Below, piece after piece: positions 41,057 to 53,586 of a DNA stretch of 64,000 nucleotides. The stretch lies in assembly GCF_028641065.1 (NCBI RefSeq), contig NC_073401.1:22196001-22260000 (forward strand), written 5' to 3'. How positions within the stretch are numbered: position 1 is the first letter of the stretch; each line of letters starts with the position of its first letter. A model generated the notes under the pieces. That model saw nothing but the letters and a program-made list of their open reading frames with translations, made no database searches and had not been told where the DNA came from. This stretch comes from Leucoraja erinacea. Its lineage: Eukaryota. Made by a program: the position numbers and the translations under genes.

Positions 41057-42161
41057 GTGGGGGCATGTGCGTGCGTGTGTGGGAGTGCGGGGGGGTGGGG
41101 GCTTCACTATGAAGTTAAAGTCCATGGAAGACCCATCCCACCGTCGCAATCAATATTTGCTTAAGGAATGAGGAATGTGGACAATCGATCCACATTCTTG
41201 CACATTCTGAGCTTGCAAACTTTCCAGCATTTTTACAAAACTCTAATGATCACCTTCGCCACGAAGACGAAGTTTATCAATCGGTTATCCCCCATGAACT
41301 TTGGAATTACATAATTTTATATTAATTTCCCGAAAGTCAAAAGAAAATAGCCAATATTTACTGAATCATTGTTTATTAAACCTCTTACAGAAGTCTACAA
41401 GATGGACATCAAGATGTCAGATTACTCCACATCCCTCTTGTACAGGAATCTACATGGAGAAAAACGCCCGACATTGTTTGCCATCATTTCAGCTATATAA
41501 CACACATTCATTAAGAATATACAGATTAATTTGAGAAACTCAAAAAACATTATAGAACAAGTCAGATATTATGACATTACATATCCGCTAATATAACATC
41601 CCTTGAACTAACTGCCCCGCCTCTTCAATATGAAGAAACTTCATTAATCGTGAGGAGACGTGTTAACCCTTCCATTACCACAGCAACCCCATTACAGCTC
41701 TGTTAAAACTATAAACTTTTAGACCTTTCAAAAAATAAAAGGCGATGAGGATTGAAACATCAAATAATCAGTTTCTAAAACTGATCATGCGGATATTTCT
41801 TCTGGAAAAGCCTATTTGCTGAGTTAAAAAAAATCAGTCTGCTGGAGTATACAATGGTAAACATAGGCACTCTGGACCGAATAGTTCCCTCTGCTGTAAT
41901 TCTACACGGTATGGTTAGATATTGCATACCACTTTCTACCGAAAATACAAACTGCACTTATCAAGGCAAATCTTCCATCTCTGACGCAGTTGAACTGGTA
42001 GGAATTGGAATGAAGAATTTCATCTACATTTTTGTTCTGGCGTTATCTTAACTACTCGACATATTTACTATAAACACACAATTATTATGAAGCATCTACA
42101 AATATTGTAGAACATGAATCCATATGATATGACCATACAGGTAAAGACGGGAAATATCCCT

Positions 42162-42807
42162 TTACAAACTATTCAGATCCTTCATTGTGAAGGTTTTACT
42201 ATCACTTCTTCCATTCAGGAATACAGTATCACACCGGAGCAGGTTATTCCGGTCGCTTCCCTCGTTGCGTGGGTTCAATTTTGCCAGGTGCCCGAGAATG
42301 CGGTACCTCTCGCTCATTCTCTTGCATATTTCTGGATGCAGAATCGTGGAGATTATCTGCTGAAAATATAAAAGGAGCAACATTCGTAAATACCCAGATG
42401 GGAACGCGAAGCTGCATGTTTAAGCGCCGCAGTGTTTTTTAATAGGATGCATCCACTGATGTTCATGTTACCTGGAATACACGATGTAATGGCTTGAATG
42501 CGACTGTTTCTGCCATAGGCTCCAGACAGACTGCGGATGGCTGTTGCGGGATCAATTCATTCTCCGCACTTGACTTCGACCCTTTATTTACACCAACTGA
42601 AAAAATAAGAAACACACCAGTAAGTCAGAGGCATAAGTCACACGCTCTAATTCATACAAATATATACGGCAAGTTCCAACTCAGCATATCTTACACATAA
42701 ATTCACCCACCTTCTGCATTCTTGAAGGAAGGATTCTGTTTCTTCCATTGCCTGAGACTCGCACCTACGCTCTGGATCCGACCCAAACCCTCCTCCAAAA
42801 ACAACAT
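42162..42807 (-). CDS. Candidate novel 3-exon gene (139 aa, no recognised domain) at a HES5-derived locus; alternatively a spliced pseudogene or lncRNA
   Basis: Starts at the first ATG after the TATA box. Exons 42711-42807, 42472-42596 and 42162-42359 have donors AAG|gtgggt and CAG|gtaaca and polypyrimidine-cag acceptors. The spliced frame has no internal stop. Confidence 0.5.
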
Positions 42808-42860
42808 CCAGCAACAGGCTGGCAGCCTCAGTCTGTTGCAGTTTGTCCAAACGACGCCCC

Positions 42861-43102
42861 TATTTATAGCTCGGATTGAAAGCGGAGAAGCGTGAGTCCG
42901 GGTTTCTCGGCGTTTCCCACACCTCGGCAGCCAATCGTTGCAGTCAAGGGGACAATGGCTAATGTGTTTCTTTTGAATGAGATATTATCCACACTGTTTG
43001 ACGGGTTTGTGCAGTCAATTCATGGAACCATCTGGAGAACTGGTATGAGCCAATAATCCCTGCTCGCAGTTTATCAGAAACTAAGACAAATTCTCCCACG
43101 TG
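42861..43102 (-). promoter_or_regulatory. Intact HES5-type Notch promoter module (locus D)
   Basis: CAGATG 43034-43029, CATTGT, ATTGG, TGTGGGAA 42921-42914 + 15 nt + GACTCACG, TATAAATA 42868-42861. Confidence 0.85.
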
Positions 43103-43774
43103 CCACCCACCACAGGAATAAAAATAAGAACATCTGTCTCATCGCTGGCCTTCTGTTAAAATATACCCCGTAAACATAGTTAAAACATAGCAAATAAGTT
43201 CCATTCAAATTATTAACGGATACCACTAAATATGTGTGTATTTGGTTAAAATGGTTTGCATGTTAAAAGTTTTTATGAGGTAGAAACAGTTCGAAGTAGA
43301 TACTTTAAGATGCCTCCTGATAGACAGACGAATTCAAGTACAAGGTTTTTAACCATGTTTTATGTGGATCTCTCATTCCAACCCCAGCCTTTCCATTTTA
43401 CGTATTCTGCTTAGTTCCGTAGAAACAACCATACTTTTTAAATTAGAAGTAATGTGGTCGGTACAGATATTTTCAGTTTTCTCCACTTTTCATTCCAGAT
43501 GGTGATATCGAAGAAGAACACTAGATTGTCATCCGCGTGTGGAATGATGGTAGTCTTTCGGTATGGCTGACGAGTTAATACCGTTGGAGAACAAGCCCAT
43601 TAGATGTATTCTAACAATTAACATTCTAAGCCCCCCCATATGTTCTCTCGATGGGTGATATTTATTTCACACTCCCAGCTGCCAATATTAATGCATGTTC
43701 TTTCTCCAATTTATTTTACAGAAAAAAAAGTTGTTTCTACAAATTATCGAGACCCAGAATGTCATTCTGTACCG

Positions 43775-44104
43775 TCATATTTCGCTTGGGCATCTTACTG
43801 CCCAGCGGTATGAATATTGATTTATCTAATTTCATGTAAATCTTGCATTCCCTCTCTCTCCATCGCAGTCCTTCACCCCTCCTAACCACCACCGCCATCC
43901 TGGGCGTCCTGCTAGTTTTTCTGATCGTATTATCTCGTTATCACCTCTTCCACAGCCAACAATGGACCATTGTGGGCTCGTCCTTGCTTATCGGCGCCGG
44001 CTCTAATTTGTTCTGAATCTTTTCATATCTCTCGTTTCCCTCTCCCCTGACTCTCAGTCTGAAGAAGGGTCCCGACCCGAAAATTCACCTGTTCCTTTTC
44101 TCCA
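43775..44104 (+). mobile_element. Penelope 3' fragment
   Basis: IFRLG..LPSGMNIDLSNF followed by ctgaagaagggtcccgacccgaaa. Confidence 0.75.
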
Positions 44105-44546
44105 GGGAAAGATTGAAAAGACTAGGCTTGTATTCACTGGGGTTTAGAAGGATGAGGGGGTATCTTAGATAAACATATAAAATCATAAAAGGATTGGACA
44201 AGCTAGATGCAGGAAAAATGTTCATAATGTTGGGCGGGTCCAGAACCAGGGGCCACAGTCTTAGAATAAAGGGGAAGTCATTTAAGACTGAAATGAGAAA
44301 AAACATTTTCACCCAGAGAATTGTGAATTTGTGGAATTCTCTGCCACAAAGGGCAGTGGAGGCCAAATCACTGGATGGATTTAAGAGAGAGTTAGATAGA
44401 GCTCTAGGGGCTAGTGGAGTCAAGGGATATGGGGAGACACGGGTTATTGATAGGGGACGATCAGCCGTGATCACAATGAATGGCGGTGCTGGCTCGAAGG
44501 GTCGAATGGCCTCCTCCTGCACCCGTTTTCTATGTTCCTATGTTTC
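44105..44546 (+). mobile_element. CR1 3' fragment
   Basis: DKLDAGKMF..SRTRGHSLRIKG..IVNLWNSLPQ and tail. Confidence 0.9.
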
Positions 44547-45761
44547 AATCCCGCGGAGAGAGGGCATTCGCCCTGTGACAGAGCGAGCGCACCCACATGC
44601 CAATCATAATTAGGCCAAACTTTATCGTCCATTTGCAGGAAACATGTTTACTAAGCAGGTAAACCATTTCAGCCTCACATTCTCGCTTAAAATGCACATT
44701 TCCTTTAATCCTGTGCTAATATTTCGATGATTCAATTCCCTAAATTCAATGGAGAGAGACTAAAGTAAAGTATAAACAGGTCGGTGTTCTGCAAAAATGA
44801 TTCTACAGGGACATTACAGTCATAGCATATATTCATCACAGCAAACGAATACAGCAGTTGCTATATATAGCAGTTGCTGTTGCTACCTGGCGCCTCCGTT
44901 TTACAAGGCAGATTTGATGGTCGATGGCCAGTCCGCTAACATTCGAATGCACTATGCATTAAACAGAATGGAGCCAAAGTCGACTTCTCCCTTGGTCCGA
45001 ACAAATCGAAACAAGAACCGATCATTCAGTCCATTTTTTCCCCGCTCTGCAGTAAATGCACGGCTGATAGTTTGCCTCAGCACCTGCACTAAATCGCATA
45101 TTCATATAATCTTAAAATCCATAAAATCTACTAATTTATTTCTATAATATGCCCCGTAACTGTGCCCGAGCAGACCCCATGCATGGAGAATTAAAAATAT
45201 TCACTACGTTGTGGATGAAAACAAATCTAAATTCAAAACCGAATGATCATCAGACGGACGGTACACAAAAATGCTGGAGAAACTCAGCGGGTGCAGCAGC
45301 ATATATGGAGCGAAGGAGATAGGCAACGTTTCGGGCCTAAACCCTTCTTCAGACTGTGAGTGGTGGTTTAGAAACTCCAGTCAGGAGGAAAAATAATAAT
45401 CCCAGCATTTATTCTCTCAAGCACTGGACGAATTTTGTTTGTTTGAACGATTTTACGTCTCGTTCTTCGAAATCTCAGGAGTATTCAGTGTAATAATCTC
45501 TAACTGCGAGGACATTAGTGCGATTCCCCTCCATTAACACCTCTTAGGAATGAATTTTGATGACTGGTTGATCGCTTTCATTCGTATATCCTGTCTTTGA
45601 CAGGGAGATCATGCTGTACACAATATTTCAGACATGTGGTCTCACCAGATCTGTTTATTATTGCAATAAGATCTTATGTAACTCCCTTTGTAAAAAAACA
45701 TCAATTTACGATATACCTTCCGTATTCACTGTGTATATCTGCCAGGATAACATTAAATGAT

Positions 45762-46250
45762 TCATGGGATGTCAGGACTTTCATAGGAAGAAAGACTGGG
45801 TACACACGGGTTGTACTCGCTAGAATTAGAGAAGATTGGGGGGGGGGGGGGGGGGGGGGGGGATCTTATAGAAACTTACAAAATTCTTAAAGGGTTGGAC
45901 AGGCTAGATGCAGGAAGATTGTTCCCGATGTTGGGGAAGTCCAGAACGAGGGGTCACAGTTTAAGGATAAGGGGGAAATATTTTAGGACCGAGATGAGGA
46001 AAGCATTTTTCACACAGAGAGTGTTGAATCTCTAGAATTCTCTGCCACAGAAGGTAGTTGAGGCCAGTTCATTGGCTATATTTAAGAGGGAGTTAGATGT
46101 TGCCCTTGTGGCTAAAGGGATCAGGGGGTATGGAGAGAAGGCAGGTAAAGGATACTGAGTTGGATGATCAGCCATGATCATATTGAATGGCAGTGCAGGC
46201 TCGAAGGGCCGAATGGCCAACTCCTGCACCTATTTTCTATGTTTCTATGT
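45762..46250 (+). mobile_element. CR1 3' fragment
   Basis: GDLIETYKILKGLDRLDAGRLFP and tail. Confidence 0.9.
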
Positions 46251-47002
46251 ACAAGGAATACACGAGGGACTTCCACAATATCAGAAGTGTTTTAATCATG
46301 TATCACGAAGCATACTCAGTTCTTCTATGTTTAAATTCACAACATGCAAGCGTTTCATCATTGCAAAATCGCAGCAGTACATTCCCTCAGTGTCAGATGA
46401 GCAATTGTTAGCACATGGACGCACATCACTGCCTCGGTGCTGATCAGAATGCTGTGCAGATGGTACACCTAGAGCCAAATGAACAACTAATGCTTCAATC
46501 CTTTGCCATGTTTTTCTATTTTTGTACCTAAGTGACTAATCCCACATTTTCCTCACATTATACTCCAAACCTATTCACTAAACTCGTTTATATTTCCACG
46601 AAGCCTCCATGTATTATCATTATAATGCATATTTCCAGTCAGCTTTAACACATCTGGATATACTATACTTGGTTCCCTCGTCTGATTAGCATTAGATTTA
46701 TGCTTACGTTAATTCCCAATGGACGGTAATACATCTTCACCGAACTGAAGATTGCTAGTTTACAACGGAGTGACTTAAATTAACGCATGTTAGTTTCACC
46801 GTTATCATATCGTGGAAGGTGTGCAGTATTCACTGGAATTGTCTCATTTATTTTTAGTACAAGGACACTCCCTATTCTTTTAAGAGGGTTAAATACAGAA
46901 AGACTTTTGGTAAAATAATTATCTGCGTCATCCAACTCTACGCCATTGATAAAGAATTGATACTTAAAATAGTTCTCGATATATTATTCCTTCAAGTACA
47001 TT

Positions 47003-47440
47003 AGTTCAAGTTCAAGTTCAAGTGAGTTTATTGTCTTGTGTCCCTGATAGGACAATGGAATTCTTGCTTTGCTTCAGCACACAGAACATAGTAGGCATTA
47101 ACTACAAAAAAGATCAATTGTGTCCATATGCTATAATATAAATATATACACACATGAATAAATAAAATTATAAAGTGCAAATATGACAGATAATTGGTTA
47201 TTAATAATCAACGTTTTGTCCGAGCCAGGTTTAATAGCCTGAATGCTGTGGGGAAGTAGCTATTCCTGAACCTGGTTGTTGCATTCTTAAGGCTCCTGTA
47301 CCTTCTACCTGAAGGTAGCAGGGAGATGAATGTGTGACCAGGATGTTGTAGGTCTTTGATGATACTGCCAGCCTTTTTGAGGCAGGGACTGCGATAAATC
47401 CCCTCGATGGAAGAGCCGATGATGGACTGGGCAGTGTACT
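47003..47440 (-). mobile_element. Rex1/Babar-like LINE 3' fragment
   Basis: IIKDLQHPGH..LLPSGRRYRSL..TTRFRNSYFP with a (TTGAAC)n tail; a similar piece lies at about 52100-52280. Confidence 0.8.
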
Positions 47441-47935
47441 TTAAGTACATCTAGATAGAATATTTGTTTTGTGAGCAACGTACACACATTGGCTGTCTAT
47501 GCTCTGCATTACAGAAAACCCCAAATCTACATTTAAGAAGTATGTTGTGTGTTGGCTACGAAACAGTTGGATTGTGCTGAAAAGGAAACGAAAGGGTTTG
47601 TATGAAGGCAAATATTTAGGTTCATGTCCATTCGGGAATATTAATACCGACACGTTACTGCAGCTGGAATTCAGTTTCATTGATTTTAGCAGGATACAAA
47701 GGTGCAGAACTTGCTCTGCATTCGGTTGCATTTGTAAGAGCAGAACACGTGGTGAGATGCATGTTTGCGGGTGTGACTAAGGCAAAGCCGATATCACCAA
47801 ACAAATGTAATGGGGGTAAAGTTGATCCTTACCAGTGCAGTAACCAACAGTTATTGTTTTAAAAAACGAAGCCAAAAATCGTGGGCTACCATCAGTATGA
47901 GTGCGGCTCTCGATTCGGGGCATTCCTGAACTGCT

Positions 47936-48362
47936 GGTTTATACTCGCGAGAAATTAGAAGATTGAGGGGGGATCTTATAGAAACTTATACAATTCTTAA
48001 GGGGTTGGACAGGCTAGATGCAGGAAGATTGTTCCCGATGTTGGGGAAGTCCAGAACAAGGGGTCACAGTTTAAGGATAAGGGGGAAGTCCTTTAGGACC
48101 GAGATGAGAAAAACATTTTTCACACAGAGAGTGGTGAATCTGTGGATTTCTCTGCCACAGAAGGTAGTTGAGCCCAGTTCATTGGCTATATTTAAGAGGG
48201 AGTTAGATATGGCCCTTGTGGCTAAAGGGATCAGGGGTTATGGAGAGAAGGCAAGTACAGGATACTGAGTTGGATGATCAGCCATGATCATATTGAATGG
48301 CGGTGCAGGCTCGAAGAGCCGAATGGCCTACTCCTGCACCTATTTTCTATGTTTCTATGTTT
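47936..48362 (+). mobile_element. CR1 3' fragment
   Basis: ORF 47963-48268 is the CR1 ORF2 C-terminus; tail present. Smaller pieces at about 19845-19946, 51457-51581 and 54770-54912. Confidence 0.92.
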
Positions 48363-48809
48363 TTCCTCCTGGATTTGACCCTTTATGAATCAATGAGAGG
48401 CGAAACGCATTGGTCAGAGGGAAGAAATAATGCATGAGAGCTGAAGGTGCTTGACTACGAAATTACGTCTGTCTCGTTCATAGTCCACCAGAGTCAAATG
48501 GAAAATATTTAAATATCACAAACCAGCTGCCAACTTCACCTATTTCATCCCAACAAATCTGCATTAATTGTAGCTTTCATTCTGTTCCGCTGCAGGCCTT
48601 TGGTGTTTTTAGTGTCGTCCTCAAGGAATGTTATTAGCGGGTTCTCTAATAAGTCTAACTTTTGTTAGACTTATTAATCTTTCGCTACGGAATCTATTGG
48701 TAAAATGACCGATTGGAATGAGACAGATGTTCGCACCGTTGTCTTACATGGATGTGAGATGGGAAGAGTTCATTCGTTTCCCACCAACCCGGCAGGAGCC
48801 TGGCTGCTC

Positions 48810-49760
48810 TGGAATTACTGGCTCAGTCCGGCACTCCAGATGGTCCATTGAGACTCTGTGAGTCAAACGATGCGATGATTTACTCATTGAGAACACATTG
48901 ACTGTCGTGTCTCTGACAGGGGCAATCGGTTCCAGTGTGTGGGAAACGCTGAGAAACCCGGGCTCATGCTTCTACCACTTAAGTGTCCACTAAGAACTCT
49001 AAGTACATAAGACACTGGATAGTGCGGCAACATATCGAGCCCTGCTTGCAATTGTTTAAAGGCCAAGAGATGGCTGTAGGAACATCATTAGCACTGGAAA
49101 TCAATTCCTCCCGAGGTATTACAAATTGTGAGTGAAATGATATTTAAGATATAACGAATTGATTATTTCTGGGAAATATTAATAATTAATCTACCCGTCG
49201 GTGTTTTTGAGTAACACCAATATCTATATATGAGACTCTGTGAGTCAAACGATGCGATGATTTACTCATTGAGAACACATTGACTGTCGTGTCTCTGACA
49301 GGGGCAATCGGTTCCAGTGTGTGGGAAACGCTGAGAAACCCGGGCTCATGCTTCTACCACTTAAGTGTCCACTAAGAACTCTAAGTACATAAGACATTGG
49401 ATAGAGCGGTAACATATCGTGCCCTGCTTGCAATTGTTTAAAGGCCAAGAAACAAATAAAGACACAACGTGCTGGAATAACTCTGCATGTCAGGTGGCAT
49501 ATGTGGAGAACGTGGATATGCAACGTTTTGGGTTAGGACCCTTCTTCTGACCCAACCCGAAACGTTGGCTATCCATGCTCTCCAGAGATGGTGCCTGACC
49601 CGCTGAGTTATTATTTTTTTTGTATACCAATATCGGCAGCTCCATGTTTCTGCAAAATTAGAAGCAATGCAAGCGCCGAAAACTCCTGTCCGAAACAAAA
49701 CCCGAGAATTTTACTGAGCTCAACATGCAGTCAATGGTTTTTCAGCTCATGGCTGGGAGA
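48810..49760 (+). pseudogene. Degenerate HES5-derived locus E with duplicated promoter
   Basis: CAGATG at 48837; TGTGGGAA at 48938 + 15 nt + GGCTCATG. Exon-1-like MAVGTSLALEINSSRGITN at 49070-49127 then gtgagt (wrong phase). Exon-2-like vestige cgagaatttt-actgagctcaacatgcag (REF..TELNMQ versus REFQTEEPNMK) near 49703-49730. Confidence 0.55.
48849..49450 (+). repeat. 220-bp direct duplication (48849-49068 / 49231-49450)
   Basis: Direct comparison shows 4 mismatches, all in the last ~55 bp. Confidence 0.95.
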
Positions 49761-51207
49761 TACCGGCGAAGCTGTAACAATGGAGGGCATTTGCAAGTCC
49801 TGTAGAGTCGCTAGTTGGAATGTTTGAAGCACCAGGATTTCAGTCTGATGTCCAATATTATTTCAGAATTGAATCAGTGGCATTACATTTTCACATTGGG
49901 TTACATGTGTACCTTCATAAAAAAATATGGCTGTCTTCCACTATTTTTAGTTCCATAACGCTGCATTCACGTTATATCTAGTCAGAAGTTGGAATGTTGA
50001 GTCGCCGGAGAGAAGGAATGGGTGACGTTTCGGGTCTGAAGAAGGGCCTGGACCCGAAACGTCAACCATTCATTCTCGAGAGAGAGGCAGCTTGCACCGC
50101 TAAGATGCTCCAGCTTTTTGTGTCTATCTCCAATCAATACATTGCTGATCGCACACGATAATCCCCTATTTTCAAACGTAAAATATGAGTGGTGTTATCC
50201 AATTAAATTCTGAACAAAAATACATGTTCTGTGGTGATGTTGGTAGAGTGGGCGGTGGCAAGAAGAAGAGAGAGGTGATTTGGTTTCGGAGGAGTCTTTC
50301 AACGTGGTTTCTTAGTGTAGTTAACATCTCGTTGGCTATATGCAACAGGATATATCCCTGGAACCTGGTTTATGCCGCCTCGGTAACGCCCAGCAGATGG
50401 AAATCCGTTATTTACAGACAGAGCCCCCTCTGGTGCCGCCGTCCGTTGCCCCACCTGAACAAACTCCAACATCGCATATACTAAGTGGGTAAAAAAGACG
50501 AAGCATGGTAAATGTTATCAAGCAAAAATTAAAATATTGTAAATGCCGGAAATATGGAATTAAAAAAAAAGCTCTAATACTTAAAAGGCGTGGCAGGGTG
50601 CGCAGAGTGAGCAGATCCATTGTATAATTGTCATATGTACCGACATCGGAACAATGAAATTGTTACATGCAGCAGCATAACAAGCATGTGAATACAATAT
50701 TCATAGATACCATATAATAAGAAACGATTCAATACATTAATAACCCGAATACAAGTGCAAATGAATCGATAAATGTAACATTCTGTCAACTGCATGTTTT
50801 ATTGTTGTAGTTCTGCTATTTTACAACACTAAGCATTCACGAGAACATTTCTACTAAATTTCATCGCTTGACAGACAGTGTATTGGAAGAACGAGCAGCG
50901 TACACTGAGTTATTAATGAGCGAAACATTTCAGGTGGTCATAGCAATAATTCCGAGGAGATTTTTTGACACAGATCAACGCGGAAACGTCTATAACTATT
51001 GACGATAGAGCAACTATTCTTTGTAGACACTGGGGTATGCAGATCGATTGTCGAAGCAAGTCAGCAGTCACGTCAAGAGTGTTTTATTGTCATATCTCCC
51101 AGGTAGAACAATGACATACTTGCTTGCTGCAGCACAACAGAATATGTAAACATAGTACACTGTAAATAATATGATAAACGAGAGAAAAAAAGTTCAGTGT
51201 GTATATA

Positions 51208-51769
51208 NNNNNNNNNNNNNNNNNNNNNNNNNNNNNNNNNNNNNNNNNNNNNNNNNNNNNNNNNNNNNNNNNNNNNNNNNNNNNNNNNNNNNNNNNNNNN
51301 NNNNNNNNNNNNNNNNNNNNNNNNNNNNNNNNNNNNNNNNNNNNNNNNNNNNNNNNNNNNNNNNNNNNNNNNNNNNNNNNNNNNNNNNNNNNNNNNNNNN
51401 NNNNNNNNNNNNNNNNNNNNNNNNNNNNNNNNNNNNNNNNNNNNNNNNNNNNNNNNTGGCCCTTGTGGCTAAAGGGATCAGAGGGTATGGAGAGAAGGCA
51501 GGTACGGGATACTGAGTTGGATGATCAGCCATGATCATATTGAATGGCGGTGCAGGCTCGAAGGGCCGAATAGCCTACTCCNNNNNNNNNNNNNNNNNNN
51601 NNNNNNNNNNNNNNNNNNNNNNNNNNNNNNNNNNNNNNNNNNNNNNNNNNNNNNNNNNNNNNNNNNNNNNNNNNNNNNNNNNNNNNNNNNNNNNNNNNNN
51701 NNNNNNNNNNNNNNNNNNNNNNNNNNNNNNNNNNNNNNNNNNNNNNNNNNNNNNNNNNNNNNNNNNNNN
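51208..51769. other. Two assembly gaps (51208-51456, 51582-51769)
   Basis: N runs. Confidence 1.
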
Positions 51770-51794
51770 AGTGCAATAATTATAATAATAATAA

Positions 51795-52091
51795 CTAGAC
51801 TATGTGGGACCCGTTGGGTTGGTCCCCCAACGCAATATCCCACCTCTCCATCAATTCCAATATTGGTGGCCAATAGGGGGCGCTTTATGTAGCTCTAGTA
51901 TGGGTGTTGTGGGCTGAAAGCAAATAACTTTTATTTTTCATCGATGGGAAAAATCCTCTTGTCCTGCACAGCGGAGGGGGACTCTGTGGAAGATGGCCAA
52001 AAATCACAGCCTTAAGTGGCAGGTATTTTTTTCTAAAATCAATGTACAGAACAATAGGAAGTGGTCAAGATCAGACTTTTATTAATATAGA
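51795..52091 (-). mobile_element. Complete short non-autonomous Helitron-like element
   Basis: On the minus strand it begins TCTATATTAATAAAA and ends with a GGGACC..GGTCCC hairpin plus CTAG; inserted between A and T with no TSD. Confidence 0.75.
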
Positions 52092-53586
52092 TAATAATAA
52101 TCGTTTATTGTAGTTCAGGGCTTATGACGTTGTAGGGTTGAATAGCCTGATGGCTGTAGGGAAGAAACTGTTCCTGAACATGAACGTTACAGTTCTCAGG
52201 CTCATGTACCTTCTTCCCGATGGCAGTGGTGAGATGAGTGTGTGGCCAGGATATGATCTTTGGCCAGGATGGTGCGGGTCTCTGTCGTTGTAGCAAACGG
52301 GTCCTTTACGTTTTTTTTGGTTAGACATTTCCCACTTCAAATCGAGAGCGCGTGACCGTAATCATTAAGAATATAATGAAGTCAATCAGGTAAAAGTCCG
52401 GAAATATATTTTAAGAAAGGACGTGGCGATATCTAAGGCGGGAGTTGTGTTGTACACCAGGAGACATCATGTTTTATTTGATATCACCATCACTTTCTCA
52501 CGGCCCTGAATTGACGCCAACTCCACAAGTGCTTTTTCGGAGACAGTGTGAAAGTTTGAAGAATCTGTCAACTGCCGACAATGAGTTGAAGCAACGTGCT
52601 AAAGAACACAGAACGTGTCAGATTTCTCGCTTTAGAAAATGTTTGATCGGGGCCCGTGTTGTCTGGAGTTTTACAACTCATTTATTTCTCCCACCACGCG
52701 ACAGATATTTTATGGACCAGCGCGTTACTTCGGTTATAGAGAAAGGATACTCTTGTTATAGACGCTAGATGCTGAAGTAACTCAGCGGGTCAGGCAGCAT
52801 CTCAGGAGAAAATAATTAGGTGAAGTTTCAGGTCGAGACCCTTCAGACCAGTCTGAAGAAGGGTATTGGTACCTATCTTTTTCTCCAGAGATGCTGCCTG
52901 ACCCGCTGTTACTCCAGCATTTTGTGTTTACCTTCGCTGTAAACCAATCTTGCGGTTCCTTCCTGTTAGTAATGCTCTCCAATGCTCTAGAGATAATAAC
53001 AAATGATACCAAACATGCCGAAGTTGGAGATGATGGTTTCCTCAGCTTTGTGTATAATTCTGGACTGTTAACCGATTCTGAATGAATATCTTTAGCGTTA
53101 TGGTGACCCCGGCGGTCCCATCGCGCACATGTGGACTTCTACCGTTATAAACAATAAGAAAATGTGAATATTGAACGAAAAACAGCACGATCGTACACCG
53201 TATCAAAAATGTCCTTAATTACACGTTGTTACCAATAAACACTTCAATATTTTTTTGCTCCGGAACATTTTTGTAGTTTAATTGCATTAGCTTCATCATA
53301 ATGTGTCCTTGTCATAGTGCAGTAACTGTTTTGATGTGCTCGAGTCTTATGCTGTCGCTCAGCATACTCGCTGTATACATATAGCGAAATTCAGCTCTGG
53401 CTCTCAGCTCCAGTCTGAACATCGGGTCACCCCTTCCTGCGTAACGGCAGCAGCCAGTCTCTGGTCACGGTGAATCATTACCGCTGGGCTGCTGCCTGCA
53501 AGTCAAGTGAAGAGCATCGGGGCAGGGAAGGCGACTTTAAAATCACGTCAGATACAATATCTATTAGAGAATCTTGGAGTGTTATT

